NCBI RefSeq assembly: GCF_964204645.1
Contig: NC_134027.1
Location: forward strand, 21,352,560 to 21,416,559
Source of the DNA: Tubulanus polymorphus
Lineage: Eukaryota; Animalia; Nemertea
DNA: 64,000 nucleotides
Direction of reading: 5' to 3'
A model generated the notes under the pieces. The model was not told the DNA's origin, ran no database searches, and worked only from the letters and a program-made list of their open reading frames with translations. Made by a program: the position numbers and the translations under genes. Shown piece by piece: positions 26,300-37,654 of this stretch (position 1 is the first letter of the stretch; each line of letters begins with the position of its first letter).

Positions 26300-27738
26300 A
26301 TATCGGATGATGATGTCTGACTTCTGGTTCGTTTTTTATTCTGATCCGGTGTTAATGCACGAAGAAAGACTTGTGTAAGTTCTTTGGCACCATCGATTCC
26401 ATTAGGATTCCTGACCTATCAGTTGAATCAAATAACGACTGGTTAACTGAAAAATTTGGTTGGAATACCAAATCATTGTCTATATATAGTTCAAATGATT
26501 TTCACTGTCACATAGCTTTCGAAGATAGTTATTGATCTTTGAGGAAGTGTCATTGTAGGTTAGCGCGGTCTTACTTTTTCCTTTACGCGGTAGTATACTA
26601 GATACATTAATTTGAGCGCTGGGAAATGTATTTCGAAGGATATTAATCATTTTGACATATCCAGGATTGTTTGGTCATGATCGTCTTTGTTTCGAGTCAT
26701 GTCGTTGGTCCCTAGATGGCAGATTATCGATTTTATTTTCGCATTTTCAATAGACGGGTCCACTTTCTGGAGAAGTTTATTTACATCATGGGCCGTTGCA
26801 CCCGAAACGCTGCACACGTGAACGCTTTCCGGAATATCTGTAAACATCAGGCGAGAGCAGTTCGAGTCACCCATAATAATATGTTTCGGGGGCACAATTG
26901 TCGAGCTAGCGGTGCGGCTCTCTGCAGGTGACATGTCAGTGACGGTAGACTGAGTATGAGTAGGAGTTTTAACTGTGGAATGTGATTTGTCCTCACATGA
27001 TTGATGATCAGTTATGTCGTCGTCAAAATTTAGTCTTTTTTCCAACCCCTGTAATATCGGACATTCTGATTTTTTATGCCCTTCCTTACGGCAGTAGAAA
27101 CATAAAACGCCAGATGGACAATTGGCTGCTAGATGGTCTGGAGATTTACATTTAAAACAGAGTTTGCGAGTACGCAAGAGACAACGATAATACTGGTGAT
27201 CCGTTTCACCGCAATACACACACTGCGTTTTATTATTATCGCAGTAAAGTCGGACTTCAAATCTTCCAAATTTTGAATTAACTGGAATTATACTTTTCAC
27301 TTTAAGCAATTTAGCATAAATAGAGCCATTCAAAATATCGGTGTCTTTTATTTTCCCTCTTCTGATACTCCCATTTATTACCTCACCGTATGTCGATAAT
27401 TGGGAGGCAATGAACGCATCTGATAATTAAACTGGTGCATCTTTAATTGTAACGTTCGTAACATCTTGTACATCGTCAGCTTTATCAACTTTTAACGTGC
27501 GGTCTCTTATTTTCGGTGGATTTTTTATGAAATCCTCAACTGCACTCGTGTCCTTGAACGTAATTCTACACTCACCAGTTTTTGTGATTTGAATCGCACG
27601 CACTCGAACTGATTTAGATCCCAGGGCTGATAGGATATCACTTTCCGTAATCCTTCCACCATAACAAACGACCGTGAGAGGTCTTTTTAGATCCATGTTT
27701 AAACTTGCGGCTAACTGAGAATTGAGGTAAAAATCCAA
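26300..27738 (-). CDS. LINE ORF1 (frameshifted): RRM-like N-terminus, three CCHC zinc knuckles, SGNH/GDSL esterase-like domain
   Basis: CVYCGETDHQYYRC, CFKCKSPDHLAANC, CFYCRKEGHKKSEC, followed in frame by IMGDSN...VSGAT...HLGTND. Confidence 0.82.
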
Positions 27739-27773
27739 AAAACCATATCAGTGACGGAGAAGCGACTCCAACA

Positions 27774-27790
27774 CCGCCGCCATTTTGAAT
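27774..27790 (-). promoter_or_regulatory. YY1-like motif (AAAATGGCGGC) at the LINE 5' end, putative internal promoter
   Basis: Plus strand CCGCCGCCATTTTGAAT just upstream of ORF1. Confidence 0.45.
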
Positions 27791-28689
27791 AAGTTCAATG
27801 GTAGTTCTTAAGACTAGGTTTTGTTTCCGGAATTTACTAAATGTACCAATTCCAATAATTCACTCATTGAAGCTTCTATACATTAGAAGCGAAAGCTCGT
27901 GCGTCGAAATAAATAGTTAACCTTTAAAGAACTACTCGCCTCTTCATTTAAATTCAAATAATATAAGTCTTTATTGATTCTTTTTTTTGTTGGAATATGC
28001 ATAACTTTTTCTGGGCAAATTTCTATATTCTGTCAAGTCATGGACGTTTTAGAGTCCATGGTCAAGGTATTTTGGCTATAACGAATATAACTAACTCCCT
28101 GGGGCAACGATGTGGCTGATGAAATGATCTCTCCCATTGTAATCCCATCATTTAATTACTCATTGTATAACAACTCTCACAATTAAGCCTCGGACTCTTC
28201 AATGAATTATGAGTGCATGCTTTAGTATAGGCTCTGATATAGAGCATATTGTCTTGATTTAGAACATGTATGCATAAACTTTAGGCTGCAAAGAAATACG
28301 TTTTCAGCGGCTCTAATCGAGTTAAATCTTTCGTGATAGATTAACACAGAAAGGCGGCACCCAATCGCTGCTTATTGAGATTAGGCACAAGTCACTGTTA
28401 TGTTCATTAGTAAAACTAATATAGAATGAATAAGTGAGGAGGGAAAATGTATAAATTAAATTTATAAATGAATTTATAAGAATTTAGCATGCATCGGAGT
28501 GCACTTAAATCGGATTATTACAAAATAACTCACTTCAAAATTTATGATATTGTTTCATTGATATTTATTACTTTAAAGTGATTCACTTTAAGAACTTTGG
28601 TCAACAATAAGTCTGACCTGCAAATCAAATCATCGGGAGACAAAATACTGTTTCAAAAATTTATATTGCTTATACATTCATAATCTTAA

Positions 28690-29734
28690 CCTTTCGCCAT
28701 AAACCTACTGGATTTAGGGCCTGGGGTAAAATCTAGGTAAAATCCTCACTTGGCGATTTCTCAAGAACATTTGAAAGCACGATATTTATTCAAACATATT
28801 CATCCACAATACAACTGCAATATATTTAACTGTGCATTGATCTCTTTTGTTGAAATAAATCTTTAAATAAATTCATAGAATAAATGAAATTAATGAACTT
28901 TTTATTCATACTATCTTTTCATATTCTTATTCATACTATCTTTTAATTCGAACTAAATAACTCTTTTTAACTTGTGGTATAGTATGCTTATGATATGGAT
29001 TCGATTTACGTATCAATATTTTCATGTTGACGGGGGCCTGATGATGGCTAATAGCATTAGCCGAAACATTGCTCGTAGAACATTTGATTTTTAGCTGAAT
29101 TCATTGTGGGATTTGTCTCGTTATTCACCATACACGGATATTGTGTATTTTCTTCTCATTTTCATGTTGGTTTTGAACAACTTAAATTTTGCGATTCTAA
29201 TACCTTATTAACTTTAGATGACAGTAATACCTTCAATTTACATGTAAAATATGATCACTGCTGAAAGTGTAATAAGGAATATATATTTACTCCAGTGACA
29301 ATGTTTAATACTAAAGGGATGTTGTGGGCCGTTTGGGGGTCAAATTGCCAGGCCTGGACCAGACCTGAAAGACCCCCTAAGCTCCCCCTGGCGTTAGAAA
29401 TGATAACAAAATTTGCATATGAATGAATAGTCAATTAGACACGAGCTAGATATGTTCTAAATATATTTTGATGGTTTTTACGGTCATAAAAAATCGGCAA
29501 GGGGGTCCTCCAGGCATGTGACCTTGACCCTAATTTTTGGGCTTTTCTGGGGTCTTTTGGACCCTTAAAATTTTTTTGGCCAAAACTGATCAGAATCGAA
29601 AGACTAACACTAGGGACATTACGTGCATGCATTATAACCATGATACAAGCCCTATTCTGCGTATTTTGGGGTTTTGAAGGTTTTGGAAAAAATGCCCTGG
29701 CCATTAGAGAACATATAGTGCGGTCGTGAAAGGG
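28690..29734. mobile_element. Probable piggyBac-type non-autonomous element
   Basis: TTAA-CCTTTC at the left end and GAAAGGG-TTAA at the right end; short imperfect TIRs. Confidence 0.45.
29030..29157 (+). ncRNA. About 128-bp insert with a hammerhead ribozyme core (solo Penelope-like terminal repeat)
   Basis: CTGATGA-T-GGCTAAT-AGC-ATTAGCC-GAAAC; flanked by the 12-bp direct repeat ATTTTCATGTTG (29018-29029, 29158-29169). Confidence 0.55.
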
Positions 29735-30393
29735 TTAATATGCAAACCTTTGGAAATTATGAATAGAAATGAAGAAATTGTTTATTCTTCTATTAGTAGT
29801 CTGGTTTTGAAGTCGCGAGTTTTAGCCTCAGTTATAAGTCGAGAGGAAATGACGCTTTTATGAAAACTGTGTTTACGACCCGATCTCAGTACGGAACTGA
29901 ACTGACCGTGAATTTTCTGTATTGTGAACGCAGATTCGGCGCTTAGCTAGCCGCGTATTTACATCCTCGTAGTACAAAACACTAAACACTAATAGTAAAA
30001 GGGGTTTAGTTGTTCTAGATCAAAGGTCGAACGGTCGAGCTCATAAAAATGAAAAACATGAAAATAATAACAATTTCTACTTGAATTAGTAGCGAAACTC
30101 ATATAAATGAACATTATTTACATGAATTTCATATATTTTAAAATCATTTATATGTTAATTACAAAAGTGTTGGTAAAGTGTGAGTAATAATTCATATTTT
30201 AACAGATTTCGAGTAAAAATATAAGTAAAATAAATGGATAACTAATAGAGTATAAAAGTGTGAGTGAAATAGTTTATATTTTAAACATATTTCAATATTT
30301 ATATTTGTATGAGTTAGATTTTTAAACATTAAAAGTGTGTGTAAAGTGTGATTGAAATAATTCATATTTAAATCATTGAATATTTATATTTGA

Positions 30394-31041
30394 ATGAGTT
30401 TTAATAAAAGTTTTGTTATTAAAATGAAGAAAGAAGAAGAACCCAACTTTAAAATCGAAATCAATGAAACCAATAAATCATTTTCACAGTTTAACATTAA
30501 AAATTATATTTCAGCAACAAATTTAGTGTCCGCAAGGTATTGTAAAATTGATAATATTACTATGATTAATCAAATATTATCAAATGAAACATATTTAATT
30601 ACTGAACTAGTAGATACTTTTGATAATGGAATCAAAAATCCTAAAATATTCAATACAGTTTTGAATTTTAAAGGAACTTAAAATGAAAACATAATAAATA
30701 TTCTTAAAACTCCTTTCAATGAAAGAAATGATGATATAATACTTTCTAAAGATTACAATGATTTTATTAACTTAAGAATTGAAAAAAGACAATTATATTA
30801 TTTCAATTTTGATAATAAACAAATTATCTATAATGAAATTTCATCAAATATTGGAATTCAATGTGAATCAGTTAATAATAATTCTTATAAAGATATCGCA
30901 ATTCAATGTGATTTAGAAAATGAATTCAAAAGATTTAATCCTAATGAAAAAATTCATTGTTATTGCGAAGGTAGATATTCAAAATCACATAAATCAAAGC
31001 ATTATGAAACAATTAAACATAAAAACTGGCGTAAAGAGTAA
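30394..31041 (+). pseudogene. Left-arm copy of the 215-aa Zn-finger ORF with an in-frame stop at 30679-30681
   Basis: Colinear with 32025-32672; TTA changed to TAA, frame continues to ...KHKNWRKE*. Confidence 0.85.
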
Positions 31042-31113
31042 CAATTCTACATAAAAAATAAATTAAATAGTCAAATAATTATTGAATTGAGTTAAATGAT
31101 TTAAATATCTAAT

Positions 31114-31951
31114 AGACAGTTAAAATGATAAATTGTTTGACAGTTGGAATGGTAAATTGTTTGACAGTTGAAATGATAAATTGTTTGACAGTTGAAATGA
31201 TAAATTGTTTGACAGTTGAAATGATAAATTGTTTGACAGTTGAAATGATAAATTGTTTGACAGTTGAAATGATAAATTGTTTGGCAGTTGAAATGATAAA
31301 TTGTTTGACAGTTGAAATGATAAATTGTTTGACAGTTGAAATGATAAATTGTTTGACAGTTGAAATGATAAATTGTTTGACAGTTGAAATGATAAATTGT
31401 TTGACAGTTGGAATGATAAATTGTTTGACAGTTGAAATGATAAATTGTTTGACAGTTGGAATGATAAATTGTTTGACAGTTGAAATGATAAATTGTTTGA
31501 CAGTTGAAATGTAAAATTGTTTGACTGTTAAAATGATAAATTGTTTGACAGTTGAAATGATAAATTGTTTGACAGTTGAAATGATAAATTGTTTTCAACT
31601 GTCATTTCAACTGTCAAACAATTTATCATTTCAACTGTCAAACAAATTATCATTTCAACTGTCAAACAATTTATCATTTTAACAGTCAAACAATTTATCA
31701 TTTCAACTGTCAAACAATTTATCATTTCAACTGTCAAACAATTTATCATTTCAACTGCCAAACAATTTATCATTTCAACTGTCAAACAATTTATCATTTC
31801 AACTGTCAAACAATTTATCATTTCAAATGTCAAACAATTTATCATTTCAACTGTCAAACAATTTATCATTTCAACTGTCAAACAATTTATCATTTTAACA
31901 GTCAAACAATTTACCATTCCAACTGTCAAACAATTTATCATTTTAACTGTC
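31114..31951. repeat. 24-bp tandem array (GACAGTTGAAATGATAAATTGTTT) that switches orientation at about 31592
   Basis: About 20 forward units followed by about 15 reverse-complement units; forms the centre of the palindrome. Confidence 0.95.
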
Positions 31952-32024
31952 TATTAGATATTTAAATCATTTAACTCAATTCAATAATTATTTGACTATT
32001 TAATTTATTTTTAATGTAGAATTG

Positions 32025-32672
32025 TTACTCTTTACGCCAGTTTTTATGTTTAATTGTTTCATAATGCTTTGATTTATGTGATTTTGAATATCTACCTCCG
32101 CAATAACAATGAATTTTTTCATTAGGATTAAATCTTTTGAATTCATTTTCTAAATCACATTGAATTGCGATATTTTTATAAGAATTATTATTAACTGATT
32201 CACATTGAATTCCAATATTTGATGAATTTTCATTATAGATAATTTGTTTATTATCAAAATTGAAATAATATAATTGTCTTTTTTCAATTCTTAAGTTAAT
32301 CAAATCATTGTAATCTTTAGAAAGTATTATATCATCATTTCTTTCATTGAAAGGAGTTTTAAGAATATTTATTATGTTTTCATCTAAAGTTCCTTTAAAA
32401 TTTAAAACTGTATTGAATATTTTAGGATTTTTGATTTCATTATCAAAAGTATCTACTAGTTCAGTAATTAAATATGTTTCATTTGATAATATTTGATTAA
32501 TCATAGTAATATTATCAATTTTATAATACCTTGCGGACACTAAATTTGTTGCTGAAATATAATTTTTAATGTTAAACTGTGAAAATGATTTATTGGTTTC
32601 ATTGATTTCGATTTTAAAGTTGGGTTCTTCTTCTTTCTTCATTTTAATAACAAAACTTTTATTAAAACTCAT
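32025..32672 (-). CDS. 215-aa Asn/Lys/Ile-rich virus-like protein with a C-terminal C2H2-type zinc finger
   Basis: Intact ORF ending KIHCYCGGRYSKSHKSKHYETIKH; the motif is conserved in the diverged copy at 14201-14470. Confidence 0.7.
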   Translation of the reverse strand: MSFNKSFVIKMKKEEEPNFKIEINETNKSFSQFNIKNYISATNLVSARYYKIDNITMINQILSNETYLITELVDTFDNEIKNPKIFNTVLNFKGTLDENIINILKTPFNERNDDIILSKDYNDLINLRIEKRQLYYFNFDNKQIIYNENSSNIGIQCESVNNNSYKNIAIQCDLENEFKRFNPNEKIHCYCGGRYSKSHKSKHYETIKHKNWRKE

Positions 32673-33247
32673 TCAAATATAAATATGCAATGATTTAAAT
32701 ATGAATTATTTCAATCACACTTTACTGACACTTTTAATGTTTAAAATCTAACTCATACAAATATAAATATTGAAATATGTTTAAAATATAAACTATTTCA
32801 CTCACACTTTACTCACACTTTTATACTCTTTTAGTTATCCATTTATTTTACTTATATTTTTACTCAAAATCTGTTAAAATATGAATTATTACTCACACTT
32901 TTGTAATTAACATATAAATGATTTTAAAATATATGAAATTCATGTAAATAATGTTCATTTATATGAGTTTCGCTACTAATTCAAGTAGAAATTGTTATTA
33001 TTTTCATGTTTTTCATTTTTTATGAGCTCGACCGTTCGACCTTTGATCTAGAACAACTAAACCCCTATTACTACTAATTACACTCCCTTCTATTGACACA
33101 CTAGTGACTACTATACTGGGCTTACTAAGTGCCGAATTGCCGACTCTACGTGTGAACATAACTGGCTGTGTAATCGCCGTATTTTGTGAATTTGGCACCA
33201 GCGAAGTACGGTACTTCGTAAGCGCCGAATCTAGTGTGAACGCGGCT

Positions 33248-33590
33248 TATGTATGGAATAGTGGATGACAAAGGTATAAAAGTGATCGGAAATATCGGTG
33301 GTCACAATACCTGAACGTGTTGAGTAATAATGAATAACGTTAGAAATATGTGGTCAATGCAAGTGGCGGTATATGCAGTGACACGGGTCGGTTTGGAGAT
33401 GGGAGGATTAAGCGAAAAGGTCAACATATTATTAAGGAAAGCCTCGGTAGCTGCATTATTATTAACTTTAGTGATATCGATGTTAAAGTCACCTAGTATG
33501 TGAACGTTGTCTTTTGGTAATTTAGGCGTTGTCCATTGCATTGCATTGTCCAATCTAACATCGCGTCGTCAAATTCTTCAATATGTCTGA
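33248..33590 (-). mobile_element. Duplicated piece of the 17805-20490 LINE (APE domain); its other part is at about 29790-29850
   Basis: Near-identical to 20312-20490; encodes HILGDFNIDI...KPTRVTAYTATCIDHI. Confidence 0.8.
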
Positions 33591-34027
33591 CGTGTATAAT
33601 TCATTTTTAATTGAAAATTTTTAAGGTGAAGTTGCAATGTCAGTGGCGGATCTAGGTGGTCCAAAGCGGTCCGAACCCCCCCCCCCCCGAAAGAAAACGT
33701 TATGGCGATTCTGAAATATTTCCCGTTCTACATTCGTTTTTTTTCTAAACGGCCGCAGCTCAAAAACCAGACAAGCGTTTCTCCAAAACCTCTCCGGATG
33801 CATATATCTAGCAGCATCATCAATATGCAAACCTTTGGCAATTATGAATAGAAATGAAGAAATTGTTTATAGTCGGGATTTGAACCTGCTATTACTGGTA
33901 CAGTGACATCAATGAAGTAGTAAGAACTTACAAATTACTTTAGATATGACAAAATAAGACACTATGTACATGTACTATACAACATTTAATCCTGAATCTT
34001 GAATAAGTTTCCGAAATATTTGCCAGC

Positions 34028-35059
34028 CTACGCTCGTTTTCCTAATCGGCCGCAGCTCAAAACCCAGACAAGGGTTTTTCCAAAACCTCTCCGGATACAT
34101 AAATATACGAATAAATTGATCATAGAATTTACGGCGTGTAAAAATTGACCCGAAGGATACGGTCGATATTTCCTGCCCTCATTTGCTGGTAAAACCGCGG
34201 ACAAAAATGTATTAAGTACATCCATCACATATTCAACCATAAATATCACATTTAAAACAAGTATCGTAAAAGTAATCCGACGACCTTGTTAACTATTTGT
34301 GGAACTTTCATCTTCGTCTTTTTGTTGAAGTTTCTGGCGTAGACGAGCCGCCTCCAGCACTAACATCGACATGTGAACGTTACACGCTAAAACAATAAAA
34401 CCCGGGATAAACTTAACCACAACTTTACCGAATAAAAAATCGTAATACATTGCGTATTGTTTATTGAGAAGCAGTAACTTTCTGTGACCGATATACATAC
34501 ACGGGTGATCGGGATTGACTACGTACATCTCTTTATACCATATCGTCGGTATATCAAAAATTAATGTTGCAACCCAAGTCGCAACAGATATACGAAACGC
34601 ATTCTGAATTGTACAAATTCTTCTGGCAGACAACGGGCACTTAATGGCCAGATAGCGATCAATGCTAAACGCAAAAAGCAGCCACCGACTCGTAGTCGTG
34701 GTCATCTGGAATATGGCATCTATATAAAGATAAATATGGTGGAAGTACTCTTGATAAGTAAGATTAAAGCGTATGGATTCAAGAGGGTAGCGCTTGGAAA
34801 GCATCATTAACTCACGTCCGAACAGCCCGGTTAAACAGTTGACGGTATCGGCTACAGCGAGTGTCTCCAAATATAAAACACTGCTTCCCTTATGTTGCAT
34901 TAGACGAAGAACTATGAATGCGAGGCAGTTGGAGACGACGCCAATGGAGTAAAGTATGGCACGGGCTAATGTCATTACGGTATCGTACGTGTAAGTGCCT
35001 GGACCATCACAGAAATTGCCACAGCAAATATCCGTTTGGTTTGTTACCAAACTGTACAT
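34028..35059 (-). pseudogene. GPCR paralog 3, full length, with a single in-frame stop (AAA>TAA) at 34289-34291
   Basis: ORFs 34289..35074 and 34028..34249 are in the same frame; SSTNS*QGR versus SSTNSKQGR in the paralogs. Confidence 0.88.
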
Positions 35060-35249
35060 TCTTACGAACCACATCTAACGAAATGAAACAGTGAAACTCG
35101 CATAACAGTGACGCACTTGCAGTGTATAATCATTATTCTCTACCCACCCGTATCAATTTTGCCGCACGTTCTCTATACGCCACAAACGGTTACTATTACG
35201 ATAAACGCAGTGCAAAGTCAAAGGATATATAATTCTAGAGATAGCTAGA

Positions 35250-37576
35250 TATAGAAAGGAATGTCAGTAGCTTGCATGTCCAGCAATCAAAACGGTCAAA
35301 CAGAAGAAAACGAAACAGCAAAATGAATATATAAAAATACTAACAAAAAGTGATCCAAAACAATTTCGGAAGTTTTTCTAGAACTAACGACTGTAAAGCC
35401 TCGACTTCTTTAATCATTTTTCTAAGATTAACCAGGATGAAGTAGGAAACGAAAATCCAAACCTCCAAAATGCAGACGACTTTTTCAATTTGAACGATGA
35501 CGCTTTAAACAACTATTACTATCGAGGAGATATCTAATTGCATAAAACGACTTAAAAATAATTAATCCCCGGGTAATGATGAAATTCTAAATGAATTCCT
35601 GAAAAATGTAGAAGACATTCTGATGCCTTCTTTAGTTTTACTTTTTAATAAGATACTGGAAACCGGCATTGTCCCAGAAAGTTGGTCTATAAGAATTATC
35701 TGCCCCATTTTCAAGAATAAGGGTGACCCTAGTGATCCAGATAACTATAGAGGAATAACTCTTTTGAGCTGCCTTAGTAAATTATTTACTAGCGTAATCA
35801 ACGAGCGTTTAGACTAATTTTTAAAGATAAACCAATTGTTGAATGAAAACCAAGCTGGATTCAGAAAGAATCACAGTATCATGGATCACATATTTACTTT
35901 GCACTCTTTAGTAAATATCTTACTTTGTAATAAGCGTAAACTCTATTGTGTATTCATCGACTACCAAAAGACATTTGACACAATATGGAGAAAAGCACTG
36001 TGGCATAAGCTTATTTCAACAGGAATAACCGGCAATATTTTGAGAGTAATACATAATATGTATGACAATATCAAATCGAAGGTTTCAGTTAAAGGAGAAA
36101 TGTCCAAGTCTATTGACAGCTGTGTCGGCTTGAGACAGGAAGAAAATTTGTCACCAGCGCTTTTTTTCCATATTTATCAATGACCTTGAATCAACTTTAT
36201 ATGAAAATGGTTGCCAGGGAGTTTCTTTCCAATTGGAAAAAATGGTAAAGATTATTGGTTCAATTTACCATCATTATTATATGCAGATTACACTATACTG
36301 CTATCTGATACGGCCCAAGGCCTTCAGAACAATCTTAATCGAGTTGTAGAATACTGCGATACCTGGAAATTAATAATTAACATAACCAAAACAAAAGCTA
36401 TGGTGTTTGAAAAACGACGGTCAACTAGACAACCTGTGTTTCTAATCAGAGGGTCTGCAGTAGAAACTGTATCAGAGTTTAAATACCTCGGAATAATTTT
36501 TAGCTATACTGGTAATTTTGCAAAGTGCAAGAAATCTGTTTGGGAAAATGCAAAAAAGGCACTCTATTATGTCCTTAAGAAGGTAGAACAATATGCTCTG
36601 GATGTCGATGTAGCCTTTCGTTTATTTGATGCACTAGTCGCCCCCATCCTTACCTTTGGTTGCGAGGTCTGGGGTTTTTGCAAACCCTAGACAAATAGAA
36701 CGTATACACCAAATGTTCTGTAAACATATTTTGAAATTAAAGCACTCTACGCCAAACTGTATGGTATATGGAGAAACTGGACGTTTTCCAATAGAAATCC
36801 AAGTAAAACTGAAAGTAGTTAAATTTTGGGCCCACCTTATTCTACACGAAGAGACCCATTCTGGGAAAATGTACCGTATTGTATACAAAAATCACCTCAA
36901 CGATAAGCCTAGTAAATGGACTAGTTATGATAAATCGATTTTTGAAAACTGTGGTTTAGGTTACATCTGGTATGCACAAAAATTCCCCAACGTTAATTAT
37001 TTAATGAAATCAATGAAACTTAGATTGCAAGATCAATTTAGACAAGATTGGCGTCAAAACTTAGAAAATTCGTCAAAGCTAGATATACTTATAACATTAT
37101 AAAACCAGAATGGGGTATGGAAACATGTTCACTCTCACTTACTCCTAATCTGACAATGACACTGATAAAATTCCGATGCTCGAACCATGCCTTACCCATA
37201 GAAACAGGCAGATACGTAAATATACCGAGAGAAGAACGAATTTGTACCAGATGTAACCTAAACAAAATCGGTGACGAGTATCATATTGTTTTGGAGTGTA
37301 GTTTCTTTGAAGACCTCCGTAAACTATATATATTAGCATATTTTTATGAAACCCAAATCTTCATAAATTTTCGAAGCTATTTAGTTCAAAAGACATGACT
37401 GTGCTGCGTAATTTATCTATTTTTCTGAAGAAACGAAACGAGCTTTATCAATTCTAAGTTGTAAACTCCGAATTTAAACCGGAACCCTAAAACTGTAATT
37501 TGTATATATGTATGTATGCATGTGGCAATAATGTATTTTCTTTTCTGTGCTCGAAATTTTGTAAAAAAAAATGGAG
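35250..37576 (+). mobile_element. 5'-truncated RTE-X-like LINE (RT and C-terminal Cys/His motif); tail displaced to about 39768-39785
   Basis: NYRGITLLSCLSKLF, NQAGFR, FIDYQKTFD, RQEENLSP, LLYAD, HALPIETGRY..ERICTRC..GDEYH..LEC. Confidence 0.88.
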
Positions 37577-37654
37577 CCATAATATGGTGGCTGATTAGGG
37601 CCAAGTTAAAAAAAAAAAATTTCGTGCAATATACCATGCAAAAAATATATTGCT

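Larger units (their letters stand above)
22950..27790 (-). mobile_element. Near full-length CR1/L2-group LINE (ORF1 plus APE-RT ORF2), a few frameshifts
   Basis: 5' end ATTCAAAATGGCGGCGG; ORF1 about 27740-26300; ORF2 about 26280-23280; 3' AATAAA followed by an (AATCA)n tail at about 22950-22980. Confidence 0.92.
29994..33072. mobile_element. Palindromic (foldback) Polinton/Maverick-like non-autonomous element
   Basis: Ends AGTAAAAGGGGTTTAG / CTAAACCCCTATTACT; 6-bp TSD ACTAAT (29988-29993, 33073-33078); empty site at about 20135-20150; the two arms are inverted copies over their whole length. Confidence 0.85.

Noticed and set aside
31101-31957. CRISPR-like array or repeat proteins (TIYHFNCQ)n / (MINCLTVE)n
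   Set aside because: Units are contiguous with no unique spacers and no cas genes; the ORFs are by-products of a 24-bp period
29994-33072. Long-read fold-back assembly artefact or contaminant
   Set aside because: The arms differ by indels and substitutions, a TSD is present, and the flanks join seamlessly as in the empty paralog
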